Assembly: GCA_039208735.1 (NCBI GenBank)
Contig: JBCCQY010000040.1
Location: forward strand, 1 to 64,000
DNA from: Myxococcota bacterium
GTDB taxonomy: Bacteria; Myxococcota_A; UBA796; GCA-2862545
Length of the DNA stretch: 64,000 nt
Reading direction: 5' to 3'
Notes under the pieces: generated by a model
What the model was told of the DNA's origin: nothing
The model's input: the letters and a program-made list of their open reading frames with translations, nothing else
Databases searched by the model: none
Program-made: the position numbers and the translations under genes
Shown here: positions 46,411 through 56,079 of the stretch, in pieces
Layout: the number at the start of each line of letters is the position of its first letter
Numbering within the stretch: the stretch's first letter is position 1

Positions 46411-47394
46411 CTACTCGGGAGACTCAGGCTTGACCAGCGGCTGGGCCGCCGACTTATGGCCGGGATGCGTCACGAGAACCGCCTCGGGCGGCGGCGCCGC
46501 GGGCAACCCCAACAGCATGCGAAGAATACGGACGAGGGTCATCTTGAGCAAGCGCCGCTCAACGATCTCGTCGACAAGGCCGTGGGCCCGGAGGTACTCG
46601 GACGTCTGGAAGCCATCAGGCAGATCCTGGCCAATCGTCTCGCGAATGACGCGGGGACCCGCAAAGCCGATGAGGGCTCCGGGTTCCGCCAAGATGACGT
46701 CGCCCAGCATGGCGAATGAAGCCGCCACGCCGCCTGTCGTGGGGTCCGTCAGGATGGAGATGTAGGGAAGTCCAGCGGACTCGAGGCGCGCTCGGGCGGC
46801 GGACGTCTTCGCCATCTGCATGAGCGACAGGACGCCTTCTTGCATGCGAGCCCCACCAGACGCCGAGATTACGACAGCGGGAACCTTGCGTTCCAAGGCT
46901 CGCTCAAAAAGGCGGGTGATCTTCTCGCCGACCACCGAACCCATGGAGCCCCCGAGGAACGCAAAGTCGAAGGAACCGATCTCGACATCTACGCCGCCGA
47001 TCTCACCGGCCACCGAGATGAACGCGTCCTTGCGGCCCGTGCGGTCTTGGGCGCGCTCGATGCGCTTTGGATAGGGCTTCGAGTCGACGAACGTGAGCGC
47101 ATCGACAGGCTCAATCAGGTCGTCATGCAGCGTGACCGAAGGCGGATCGTCCAGCAGCATGCGCAGGCGGTCCACCGCCGACATGCGAAAGTGGTGCCCG
47201 CAGATCGTGCAGACTTCGAGGTTGCCGGAGAGCGTTTCGCGAAACAGTGCCTCGGAGCAGGACGGACACTTGATGAAGAGTTCCTGGGCGTTCGTTTCTG
47301 CCGGCTGATCGGTGCCCGGGACCCAGCTCGAAACGAAGTCCTTGCGTTGTTCAAACCAACGCGGTCCTTGGTTGGCCATGTCGAACCTCACCAT
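46411..47394 (-). CDS. accD: Acetyl-CoA carboxylase carboxyltransferase beta subunit
   Basis: KCPSC..CTIC zinc finger, GGSMGSVVGEK, SGGARMQEG, PTTGGVAASF. Confidence 0.97.
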   Translation of the reverse strand: MVRFDMANQGPRWFEQRKDFVSSWVPGTDQPAETNAQELFIKCPSCSEALFRETLSGNLEVCTICGHHFRMSAVDRLRMLLDDPPSVTLHDDLIEPVDALTFVDSKPYPKRIERAQDRTGRKDAFISVAGEIGGVDVEIGSFDFAFLGGSMGSVVGEKITRLFERALERKVPAVVISASGGARMQEGVLSLMQMAKTSAARARLESAGLPYISILTDPTTGGVAASFAMLGDVILAEPGALIGFAGPRVIRETIGQDLPDGFQTSEYLRAHGLVDEIVERRLLKMTLVRILRMLLGLPAAPPPEAVLVTHPGHKSAAQPLVKPESPE

Positions 47395-47511
47395 GTGGTG
47401 CGGGTCCGGTTTACGCCCCGAGACCCGTGGTCCAACTGTCTATCGTGCGAACCCAGCACCTGACCGCGAGCCCATCGTCAAGGCGGCATTAAGAGAGGGC
47501 CGGAGGTCGAC

Positions 47512-48381
47512 GTGATCTACGGTCCCATCGCGGTCGTGGCCCCTTGCCACGCCTATGATCCCGCGAAGCTCGAAGCAGGCCTTACGCTTGCGCGAAGAGC
47601 TGGGTTCACTCTGGAACTCTTGCCCGATCTCCTGCAGCCGTACCGCTACTTTGCTGCCCCGCCCGCCCATCGTGCGGCCCAGCTGATCCAGGCCCTGACC
47701 GACCCCCGCTACGGTGCGGTGTGGCTCGTCCGTGGCGGGTCAGGAATGATGCAGCTGTTGCCCGCCCTCGAAGGGGTGGCCTTGCGATCGGATCGGCCGG
47801 TCATCGGATTCTCCGACGCTACCGCACTGTTTGCGGTGTTGGATCGCCGTAATGCGGGTCCCATCGTGCACGGACCGGTGCTCCATTCATTGGCCAGCAC
47901 CGAGAGGGCCGATGTCGCCGAACTCTTTGCGTTGCTTCGGTCGGGCGTCGAGCCCATTCGTTGGCAAGGCGCCACCTTGGTTTCCGGCCATTCTGAAGGC
48001 CCAATTGTCGGAGGCAACTTGTCGCTGGTGGCTTCCCTTTGCGGCACCCCACATCAGATCGACGCCAAGGGTCGCATCCTTCTGCTCGAAGAAGTGGGTG
48101 AGCCTGCGTTCCGCATCGAGCGCATGCTGACTCAACTCGCCCTTGCTGGCGTCTTCGATGGGGCGGTCGGCATTGGCCTTGGCGACCTTGGCGATGTCCC
48201 CTCGGGAGCCGACTACCGAATGCACGACGTCGTGATGGACACGCTGAAACCGCTCAACATCCCGGTTCTTGCGAACCTGCCGTTTGGGCATCGGACCCGC
48301 AACCAGCCGTTCGTTTGGAATGCTCGCGCGTCCATCGACGATGGCGAGCTCCGCATCACCTCGCCAAGCCTTTTGGCGTGA
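47512..48381 (+). CDS. LD-carboxypeptidase (S66)
   Basis: RGGSG, IGFSD, GGNLS, LLEEVGE and PFGH supply the Ser-Glu-His triad. Confidence 0.92.
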   Translation: MIYGPIAVVAPCHAYDPAKLEAGLTLARRAGFTLELLPDLLQPYRYFAAPPAHRAAQLIQALTDPRYGAVWLVRGGSGMMQLLPALEGVALRSDRPVIGFSDATALFAVLDRRNAGPIVHGPVLHSLASTERADVAELFALLRSGVEPIRWQGATLVSGHSEGPIVGGNLSLVASLCGTPHQIDAKGRILLLEEVGEPAFRIERMLTQLALAGVFDGAVGIGLGDLGDVPSGADYRMHDVVMDTLKPLNIPVLANLPFGHRTRNQPFVWNARASIDDGELRITSPSLLA

Positions 48382-48391
48382 GGGAACACCC

Positions 48392-49840
48392 ATGTACGAC
48401 CAGAGACCCGACCTCGACACCCGGACCAAGGTCGTGGCTACCCTTGGCCCCGCATCCTGGGACGAGCCCACGCTGAGCGACATCTTGAGGGCCGGCGTCG
48501 ACGTTTGCCGCATCAACTGTTCCCATGCCGACCACGACAGCATCCGCCGTCAGGTCGCACGGGTTCGTCGAGCCGCCATGACGCTCTCGAAACCCACCGC
48601 GATCCTGCTGGATCTTCAGGGTCCCAAAGTCCGAACGGGCAAGGTCACCGATCCCGTGGATCTCCTCAATGGCGACGTGCTCACCGTGGTCATGGCGTCC
48701 GGTCCGCTCGAGGGGAAGCGCCGCATCGGAACCACGTACCTGCAGATGGTCGATGACGTTCAGGTAGGCGATCCCGTGCTCTTCGCGGATGGCGCGCTGT
48801 CAGGCAAGGTCACCGCCGTCCGAAAGGGCGACCCCGGCGAGGTGGACATCACGATCGACCAAGGGGGCACGCTCACCAGCTTCAAGGGCATCAACCTCCC
48901 CACGGTCGACCTTTCGATTCCCTGCCTCACCGAAAAGGACTTGGGCGATTTGGCGGTCGGCGTCGATGTTGGCGTGGACTACATCGCGTTGTCGTTCGTG
49001 CAGCGTCCCGAGGACGTCATCGAACTCCAAAACGAACTCGAGCGGCTCGGTCACGCGGGGCTGCCTGTGATCGCCAAAATCGAAAAGCCCGGTGCCGTCG
49101 AGCGCATCGAAGCGATCCTCGAGGTGGCGGATGGTGTGATGGTGGCCCGGGGAGACCTCGGTGTCGAGGTCAGCATCGAAAAGGTCCCCGTCTACCAGAA
49201 GCGCATCCTTGAAGCCGCCTACAAGGCGGGGAAACTTTCGATCACGGCCACCCAGATGCTCGACTCCATGGAGCGAAACCCTCGCCCCACACGTGCCGAG
49301 ACCACCGACGTCGCCAATGCCATCCTTGATGGCACCGATGCGGTCATGCTCTCGGGCGAAACTGCGGTGGGCAAGTTCCCGGTCCAAGCCGTGCAAATGA
49401 TGGATCGGATCAGTCGCGAGGTCGAAGGGTCGAGCTTCTTCATCGGCGTGTCGCTCGAACGCATCCCTCGCTTCCCCGGAAGTTCTGGCCTTGTTGTGCG
49501 CAGCGCTTGCGTGGCGGCGTCCGAGGAGAGCCGTCCGCTGGTCGTGTTCTCGTGGACCGGGACAACCGCTCGCCAAGCCTCAAAGACCCGTCCACGCGGC
49601 CCCTTGTTCGCCCTCACGAGCAATCCCCGAACCGCCGATCAGCTGTCGCTCGCCTGGGGCGTGACCCCCATCGTCGTTCCGCCCGTGGGCACAACCGACG
49701 ACATGATCCGCGTAGGCGAGCAAGCGTTGCTCGAAGCAGGTCGCATTCAGCGGGGCGAAGAGATCGTGATCCTCGCGGGCAACACGCCCATGCGAGAGAC
49801 GGCGAACCTCATGAAGATCCATGAGGCGGGACGGGACTAA
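48392..49840 (+). CDS. pyk: Pyruvate kinase
   Basis: TKVVATLGPAS, DLQGPK, IAKIEK, MVARGDLGVE, ATQMLDSM, PTRAE, MLSGETA. Confidence 0.97.
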   Translation: MYDQRPDLDTRTKVVATLGPASWDEPTLSDILRAGVDVCRINCSHADHDSIRRQVARVRRAAMTLSKPTAILLDLQGPKVRTGKVTDPVDLLNGDVLTVVMASGPLEGKRRIGTTYLQMVDDVQVGDPVLFADGALSGKVTAVRKGDPGEVDITIDQGGTLTSFKGINLPTVDLSIPCLTEKDLGDLAVGVDVGVDYIALSFVQRPEDVIELQNELERLGHAGLPVIAKIEKPGAVERIEAILEVADGVMVARGDLGVEVSIEKVPVYQKRILEAAYKAGKLSITATQMLDSMERNPRPTRAETTDVANAILDGTDAVMLSGETAVGKFPVQAVQMMDRISREVEGSSFFIGVSLERIPRFPGSSGLVVRSACVAASEESRPLVVFSWTGTTARQASKTRPRGPLFALTSNPRTADQLSLAWGVTPIVVPPVGTTDDMIRVGEQALLEAGRIQRGEEIVILAGNTPMRETANLMKIHEAGRD

Positions 49841-50729
49841 ACGTCCACGTAAACTCCCGATAGCGAGCCACCTCGGGCACCCCTTGGCGGGCAAAACACC
49901 CTCGCATCGGCAGGTTGGTGAGCGAGGTGCCTCCGCGGTACAGCCGCCCCCCTTGCGCCCGCAGCATCGCTAGGCCATGGCGATGCACCACGCTCCCAAG
50001 GCCCTGGCCGCGGACTTGGGGATCCAGCGACAGATAGGTGATCGTAGACCAGCCGTCGTCAGGGTCGATCTGAGCACACACCATGGCGATGGGCTCGGAC
50101 ACCCCAGGACGCCGACCGAGGTGAAGCACGTCCGGCAACCTCGTGGTCCGATGCGGACGGCTCAGGATCTGCCGGATGACGGCTTCGGCCGTTTCGCCAG
50201 GTTCGAGGCCATTGGGCGACGCAACCGCCGTGCGCGCGAGGACCGCCGCGGCCGTGGCCTCATCCGGAGCCGGAACGAAGGACAGACGTTCGGAATCGGT
50301 GGGAGCGGGTAGCGGAAGGTCGGCGAGTAACGCCTCGAACTCCACCCGACCCGGCCCCGGTGCGGCCCCCGAGCGGGCGCACGCTGCCACCACCGCCTCG
50401 GTGCACTGCAGCTCGGGCATGCGAAGCGCGACCTTGTGGGCCCCCAGCTGCTTCGCCACCGCCACCGCCTCTTCGATCACGATGGCCCCATGGGGATCGA
50501 TTGGCCCCGCGGACCGAGGCGGCACCAGCGTGTAGGTGTGCGTCGTGTCGCGGGACAGCCAAGTCGCCGACACGATCGACCCGTCGGCCCCCGCGACATA
50601 CCGGCGACGACTCGCAAAGTCGGGATCCTGCAGCCGCTCCATCAGCGAGGCCCGACGGTCGGCCGTTGGCGGCCGTGTGAAGGCCAGCGCCATGAACTCG
50701 TCGAGCCGGTCCGGCGTCAGGGCGGGCAT
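49809..50729 (-). CDS. GNAT-family N-acetyltransferase (tandem-domain type)
   Basis: DPQVRGQGLG acetyl-CoA motif and NLPM. Convergent 32-bp overlap with pyk. Confidence 0.8.
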   Translation of the reverse strand: MPALTPDRLDEFMALAFTRPPTADRRASLMERLQDPDFASRRRYVAGADGSIVSATWLSRDTTHTYTLVPPRSAGPIDPHGAIVIEEAVAVAKQLGAHKVALRMPELQCTEAVVAACARSGAAPGPGRVEFEALLADLPLPAPTDSERLSFVPAPDEATAAAVLARTAVASPNGLEPGETAEAVIRQILSRPHRTTRLPDVLHLGRRPGVSEPIAMVCAQIDPDDGWSTITYLSLDPQVRGQGLGSVVHRHGLAMLRAQGGRLYRGGTSLTNLPMRGCFARQGVPEVARYREFTWTFSPVPPHGSS

Positions 50730-51440
50730 TCAGGTCCGTTCGGGCTCGAAGAAGCGAGCGAGGTCGTTAGCCAACCGCGCCCGAATGTCCGGCAACACCG
50801 CTCGGTCTTGGCGCACTTCCAATTCCAGAGAGGTTCTTCGATGGGCGAGGGCGTGCCGGTCTGGCGCGTACATGAGGCCCTCGCGGCCTGACCACGGGGC
50901 GTTCAGTTCGACCTTCCACCCCGCCTGGTCCAGATGCTCCGCCAGGCGAACCGCAGGCCCCTCGTCATGGTTGAAGAGCACGCCAAGCTCCATGTTGCGG
51001 GTCTGCCCTTCGTAATTCGGCGTGAACGAGTGAAGCGAGAACACGGTCGCCCCATGGGTTTTTGCGACCATCGCATCGACTGCGGTGTGGTAGCCCGCAT
51101 GAAACGCCATGCGACGCGCTCGCTCATCGGCCGACAAATCTTGGTTGAAGGCGATGGGTTCGCCATCCGCGAGGGTCCGGAACAAGTTGTCCTGATCCGG
51201 CGCCCGATTCGGATCGACGAGCAGACGTGAAAATCCACACAAGGTGGCCGGCCATTCGGTCCGGGCCGCCAGCGTGCGAACCAAGTCAGCAATGCCCAGA
51301 TCGTGCGACCAGTGGGTACCGAGGAGCCGCTGGTCGGCTTCGGGCCACGACCAAGGTGCAGGGAGGGTCTCTACGGCGTGTTCACACGTCAGCACGACCG
51401 GAGCACCGGTCCGCCCTGGCAAGGACTCGTGGGTCGTCAT
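50730..51440 (-). CDS. N-formylglutamate amidohydrolase
   Basis: LTCEHA, DLG, SRLLVDPNR, SLHSFTP, LEVRQD. ATGA overlap. Confidence 0.9.
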   Translation of the reverse strand: MTTHESLPGRTGAPVVLTCEHAVETLPAPWSWPEADQRLLGTHWSHDLGIADLVRTLAARTEWPATLCGFSRLLVDPNRAPDQDNLFRTLADGEPIAFNQDLSADERARRMAFHAGYHTAVDAMVAKTHGATVFSLHSFTPNYEGQTRNMELGVLFNHDEGPAVRLAEHLDQAGWKVELNAPWSGREGLMYAPDRHALAHRRTSLELEVRQDRAVLPDIRARLANDLARFFEPERT

Positions 51441-53209
51441 GGGGTTGCGTTGCTCTCGGTGCAGGGTTCGGCGCCGCAGTGGTGAACCAACGTGCCGGGT
51501 GCAGCGGGGTCGAGGTAGTCGACGACTTGACGCCGTGCACCGTCCCACAGTCTTGGCGAGGTGTGAGCCCCGGTGGTGACGGCCGGACGGTTCGTGCTCA
51601 CCGGAAGCTCGCGTTCCGGGTCGAACCAGACCAAACCACGGGCGGGGACCTTGAGGGGCAGGCTTACCATATCGAGGCCGACGACCGCCTTCGGCGTAGG
51701 CTCCACCATCGGAAGACCCACCGCACGGGCGAACGCCTCGCTCGTGAAGTTGGGAACTTGCTCATCGCCAATGCTGACCTGGTAGAGGAACGGCACCTTG
51801 GCCAGGTCTGCGGCGTAGCTGATGGGATCGACGGGGTCCCACCACAACTGGGTCAGCGCATAGAGCACCTGTCGATCGTCCGCCTCTGGGATCTGATCGA
51901 GGAGTCCCAACTCAAGCGGCGGCCAATTACTGGAGCGCTCCAGCATGGTCGACCACATCGCACCGCCCACGTGGAACGCCGCCGCTTCGAATCCTGGATC
52001 CGTCGCGAGAAGCACCGACCCTTCGATGCCTCCGACGGAGATCCCGTAGTAGAGGATCTGATCGGGATTGGGGAGTCGCTGGCCGCTCTGTCCCTCAAAG
52101 GCGGGATCGTCGATAAACGTGCCATCCCGCAGACCTTCGATGAGGGTCCGTACATTGACCTGGCCCTGAACCAAGAGGTTTGGAATCCGGGGGAACTGGC
52201 CAAAGTCCTGGGATGCGCCAAGCGCGACGCTCAGATCGGAGGTGGTGAGCCCCCGCCACGGCGTGGCCACCACAATGGCCCCCAACTCGTCGGCCAGGGC
52301 ACGAACGCCATCGTCGTCCTCCGGACCTGCGAGGTAGGCCTCGGGCGACGAGAAGATGCCGTGGCCAAACACGAGCAGGGGCACGCTCCCTGCGGGTGCG
52401 TCGGCCACCGAAGCTGGGACATGCACGAAGAGCTCGGCCTCGGCCTCTCCACGAGGGACCACCGTGCCATCGAACTGCAGATCGAGGCGGCCTTCTGCGC
52501 CCACAAAGTCCACCACCGGAAATAGACCGGTAAACGCTCGATAGGTCAACGACCTGGTCCGACCCGCTTCGTCCTCGGTCAGGGAGGGCATTCCGATACG
52601 CCGAATCTGCGACAAGGCAGATCGCAGCGGTGCGGTGCCGTCATCGATGGGAAACGCCCACGCAACCGCGATGGCATCCCGCTCGAGACCGAACCCTTCG
52701 AGGTCATCGAGCAGTGGACGTGTGATTTCCCCCTCCACCATGAAGGCTTCGGGTCGAGGCATCACCTGGGTCGTCACGACGATGGCCACCCGCCCCCTCG
52801 CAGGGAGCGCGGTAAGGGGTCGGACGAGCAAGGATGGGTCTGACTCCGCTGCAGCGTCGAGTTCGGCGAAGCAAGGGATGCGGTCGCCGTTCGCAAGATC
52901 CACGATCTGCACGGCTCCTTCCGTCTCTGCATCATCAAACGTCGGGAGCACCGCGTTGGCGAGGCCGGGCCACCGCAAGACGGCCACCTGTCCACGCGAA
53001 AACCCAGTGCGGTAACCCAGCTCACCGAGGGGCAGGGGGGTGTCGAATCCCGGATCGGGCAACCCGGCCAGCGCGAGCTGACCCGACGCATCGATCTGGC
53101 TTGCCTGGGGGAACGGATTGGCCGTTCCTGCTTGCAATGGGCCGTCCGGCTCGGGTTCAGCAGCCGGTCCGCAGCCCAGCGCCATCAGCCACCAGATGCG
53201 CATGGTCAC
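51437..53209 (-). CDS. Lipoprotein with alpha/beta-hydrolase (lipase-like) domain
   Basis: Lipobox-like ALGC, VFGHGIF oxyanion motif, YYGISVGG nucleophile elbow, GDEQVPN, GAH. Confidence 0.75.
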   Translation of the reverse strand: MTMRIWWLMALGCGPAAEPEPDGPLQAGTANPFPQASQIDASGQLALAGLPDPGFDTPLPLGELGYRTGFSRGQVAVLRWPGLANAVLPTFDDAETEGAVQIVDLANGDRIPCFAELDAAAESDPSLLVRPLTALPARGRVAIVVTTQVMPRPEAFMVEGEITRPLLDDLEGFGLERDAIAVAWAFPIDDGTAPLRSALSQIRRIGMPSLTEDEAGRTRSLTYRAFTGLFPVVDFVGAEGRLDLQFDGTVVPRGEAEAELFVHVPASVADAPAGSVPLLVFGHGIFSSPEAYLAGPEDDDGVRALADELGAIVVATPWRGLTTSDLSVALGASQDFGQFPRIPNLLVQGQVNVRTLIEGLRDGTFIDDPAFEGQSGQRLPNPDQILYYGISVGGIEGSVLLATDPGFEAAAFHVGGAMWSTMLERSSNWPPLELGLLDQIPEADDRQVLYALTQLWWDPVDPISYAADLAKVPFLYQVSIGDEQVPNFTSEAFARAVGLPMVEPTPKAVVGLDMVSLPLKVPARGLVWFDPERELPVSTNRPAVTTGAHTSPRLWDGARRQVVDYLDPAAPGTLVHHCGAEPCTESNATP

Positions 53210-54804
53210 CTCGCGTTGGAATCCGTATCGGGCAAAGGCTCGTATCGTGCTGCAAGGCGGTCGATCTCGGCCGCGAACTCACTCGCGTCGAGCGCGCCTG
53301 CGGCGAAGTCATCCACGGCTTGCTGAATGGCTTCGAGACCTTTTCGGTCCGCCTCCCGCCGCGCCGTCAGTTGCGTAGACACCGCATGGACCCGTTTGGC
53401 GGTCGCTTCATCAGGCCAGCGAATTTCACTGGCCAAAACCGCCTCAGCGTCGGTGCGGGGTCGGGTTTGGCCGCCGGTCCGCGGCAGGTGTTCCCGCCAG
53501 GTCGGCGTGCGCAAGGCATGCCAAAGGTACCCAGGGGCCTCCTGGGGCGTCAGCGCAATCCACTCTGGCGACCCACCGCTACCGGGAGGCAGGCTCGTGA
53601 GCCAGGTCACGTTGCCGAGATTGGGCCGCATGCGCGCCACCAGCACATCCCCCTGGTGCAGGGTTCGGCGTCGCGAAGCGGGGGCTTGGAGGGCTTGCCG
53701 CGGCAGACTCTCCCCGGTTCGGCGCACCACATCCCCAAGGTCCACCACCCACGCGGGCGCTTCACAGGTGGTCGCTCGTCGTGCCGTGGCCACCTCGCCG
53801 ACGCGCCTTGCGTCGTGCCCCATGTGAGGCCGGGAAGGCGGAACCCACACCCCCGCGGGGAGCGTCTGCCAACCTTCGCCGTTCACCAGGGCATCGATCT
53901 CTGCCGTTGACGTCGGACGCACCTGCTGACGCCGCACGTCGTAGCCTGGGTCTGAGACGTCCGCCCAGCGCACGGTCCCCGACGCTGATCCCCGCTGAAG
54001 AATGAGGACCGCCGCCCGTCCCGCAGCCCCCCCGAATGGGCGAAACACCCCCTCGGGAAGTGCAATCACGGCGTGGCGACGCCAGTGGGCATCGATGCGT
54101 TCTCGGACGTTGGCAAAGCTCGCGTTGACGAGCACGGAGTATGGAAGGACCACCCCGGCCCATCCTCCCGGTCGAACCCATCGTTCCATCGCTTCAACGA
54201 AAAGCTGATCCGAAAGCACGGATGCCCGGCCTTGACCCAGGGTGTACCGCCCGAGAACATCAGGGTCGGAGAGCCGAACCGAAAACGGTGGATTCGCGAC
54301 GAGAACATCGCAAGGCTCTGGGGATTGGACGAACAAGTCTCCGTGGCAGACCTCAGCGTCCGCACCGCGCAACGACAGGCCCAGACGAGCGAGTTCGACC
54401 AACCGGAGATCAACGTCAAAACCGCGAACCCGCGCGCCTCGTGCGGCTGCCTCGGCAAGCAGCGCACCGCTACCACACGCCGGGTCCACCACGACATCTC
54501 GCGCGCGGATCGGCAGCGTGGCAAACAGCAGCCGAACGATGGGTCCAGGGGTGAAGTACTGGCCGTGGCGTCCTTTGAAAAGGTCAGGAAAAAAGCGCTC
54601 ATAGGCCAATCCAACCAGATCGTGGCCCGCGTCGAGGGGCAGGGTTGCCGCCACCTCGGCACCCGGCCCGTTCACGGCGGGCCCCAGCCCCAAGCGGGCC
54701 TTGACGCCTCCTAGGAGGACATCGAAGGCTTGCCCCCCCGTTAGCCCGCGGGCCCGCAGCGCCGATTCGGCTCGCCCCAACGCGGCCACAAGGGCTTGGC
54801 TCAA
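53206..54804 (-). CDS. N6-adenine DNA methyltransferase, HsdM-like catalytic domain fused to a single HsdS-like TRD
   Basis: GQYFTP, DPACGSG and ANPPF, then GDVLVARMRPNL..GSPEWIAL..GGQTRPR and a C-terminal helix. Confidence 0.85.
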   Translation of the reverse strand: MSQALVAALGRAESALRARGLTGGQAFDVLLGGVKARLGLGPAVNGPGAEVAATLPLDAGHDLVGLAYERFFPDLFKGRHGQYFTPGPIVRLLFATLPIRARDVVVDPACGSGALLAEAAARGARVRGFDVDLRLVELARLGLSLRGADAEVCHGDLFVQSPEPCDVLVANPPFSVRLSDPDVLGRYTLGQGRASVLSDQLFVEAMERWVRPGGWAGVVLPYSVLVNASFANVRERIDAHWRRHAVIALPEGVFRPFGGAAGRAAVLILQRGSASGTVRWADVSDPGYDVRRQQVRPTSTAEIDALVNGEGWQTLPAGVWVPPSRPHMGHDARRVGEVATARRATTCEAPAWVVDLGDVVRRTGESLPRQALQAPASRRRTLHQGDVLVARMRPNLGNVTWLTSLPPGSGGSPEWIALTPQEAPGYLWHALRTPTWREHLPRTGGQTRPRTDAEAVLASEIRWPDEATAKRVHAVSTQLTARREADRKGLEAIQQAVDDFAAGALDASEFAAEIDRLAARYEPLPDTDSNAR

Positions 54805-55703
54805 CCGAGGCGCTCAGCCGCGACGGGAGCCACCAGGACCGTCGCCTGCGCGTCGCCCACGGAAACCCGGGTGTCGGGCTCGCTGGCGACAGCCTTCAGG
54901 ATGGCAAGACCCACCGTCCGACCATTGGGCAAGGCCACGGGGCTGGTCAACCGACCCACGGACTTCGTGTCCAGTTGGATGTCCGCCTCGGCGTCGACCA
55001 CCCCGTCCACCAGCACGACACGCAGATGACGTTTGACCTGACCCATCACATCGACGCGGTTGATGGTCTCCTGACCGAGGTAGCACCCCTTGTCGAAGGC
55101 GAGGAGCACGTCGCGCAGGCCAAGTTCGTGGGGCAAAGCCTTTGCGCCTGTGTCGACCGGGTGCACCGGGTGGCCGGCCAGGATCCGCAACAATGCGAAC
55201 TCATCCTCGGTCAGCCGCGGCACATCCAGCGTGTCCGCTTCGGGATGGACCACCGACACCGCCGCCGTGGGGTTCGGGCCTAGGGCGTGGAACCAGCCAA
55301 AAGCACGGTTGACCATGGCCACCCGACCCGGGTCGGGCACTTCGAATCCAACGGCACCGCGGGCCTCGGGCCCCACTACCAAGTGGTGGACCCACCCTTC
55401 TTGGGGCGTCATCTCGACATCGTCAAACACGATGTACTTTTCGAAGCGCTCGAGGAAGGGCTCGACCGGACCATCATGGAGGGCCACAAATGCGTCCTCA
55501 CCCTCACAAATCAGGTCGAGAAACCCTTGGACCCGTCCCCGGTCATCGGTGTAGGCGTGCCGATTGACCGCGCCCACCACCATGTCACGAACGTTGTTCG
55601 TGAACATGTTGTTGGCGAAACGTCGGGCGTCGGGGCCCGCGATGCGCACGGCGTAGGCAGGCCGCGTCAGGCGGGACGCGCCACGGGTCAGCGCCTCACT
55701 CAT
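54801..55703 (-). CDS. ygfZ: YgfZ-family folate-binding Fe-S assembly/repair protein
   Basis: GPDARRF..TNNV and the KGCYLGQE signature. Confidence 0.9.
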   Translation of the reverse strand: MSEALTRGASRLTRPAYAVRIAGPDARRFANNMFTNNVRDMVVGAVNRHAYTDDRGRVQGFLDLICEGEDAFVALHDGPVEPFLERFEKYIVFDDVEMTPQEGWVHHLVVGPEARGAVGFEVPDPGRVAMVNRAFGWFHALGPNPTAAVSVVHPEADTLDVPRLTEDEFALLRILAGHPVHPVDTGAKALPHELGLRDVLLAFDKGCYLGQETINRVDVMGQVKRHLRVVLVDGVVDAEADIQLDTKSVGRLTSPVALPNGRTVGLAILKAVASEPDTRVSVGDAQATVLVAPVAAERLG

Positions 55704-56064
55704 CGTCGTCATCGAAGGCAATGATGGTGCGTCCGCCACGCTTCGGTCGAGCCGGAGGGGCGGGTGGAGGCGGCGGCGGCGCCGAGGGCAAGCTTCCCGA
55801 AGGCGGAGAGACGACGGTGGCCATGGCTTCCTCGTCGAAGAGGTCCGGCTCCGGCTCCTGAGGTGGGTCCTCCGCCTGAACGAGCACGGTTCGTGCGTTG
55901 GACCGCGTATCGGGGCGAGGCTCGATCCGAGGCGTGTCCGCCTGATCGGCCTGACTGCGGGTGTAGAAGAGCGCGACGGCCCCCAGGATCGCCATTGCGA
56001 TCCCGATGCAGGAAAGCCCTCCGCAGAAGAGCCCCCCGACGACGATTCCGAGCTCGTTGTCCAT
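55696..56064 (-). CDS. Hypothetical small membrane protein with Pro-rich acidic tail
   Basis: N-terminal TM helix, PPPPPPAPP, acidic end. Overlaps the ygfZ start. Confidence 0.7.
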   Translation of the reverse strand: MDNELGIVVGGLFCGGLSCIGIAMAILGAVALFYTRSQADQADTPRIEPRPDTRSNARTVLVQAEDPPQEPEPDLFDEEAMATVVSPPSGSLPSAPPPPPPAPPARPKRGGRTIIAFDDDDE

Positions 56065-56079
56065 TGAATCCTCGTTCCT

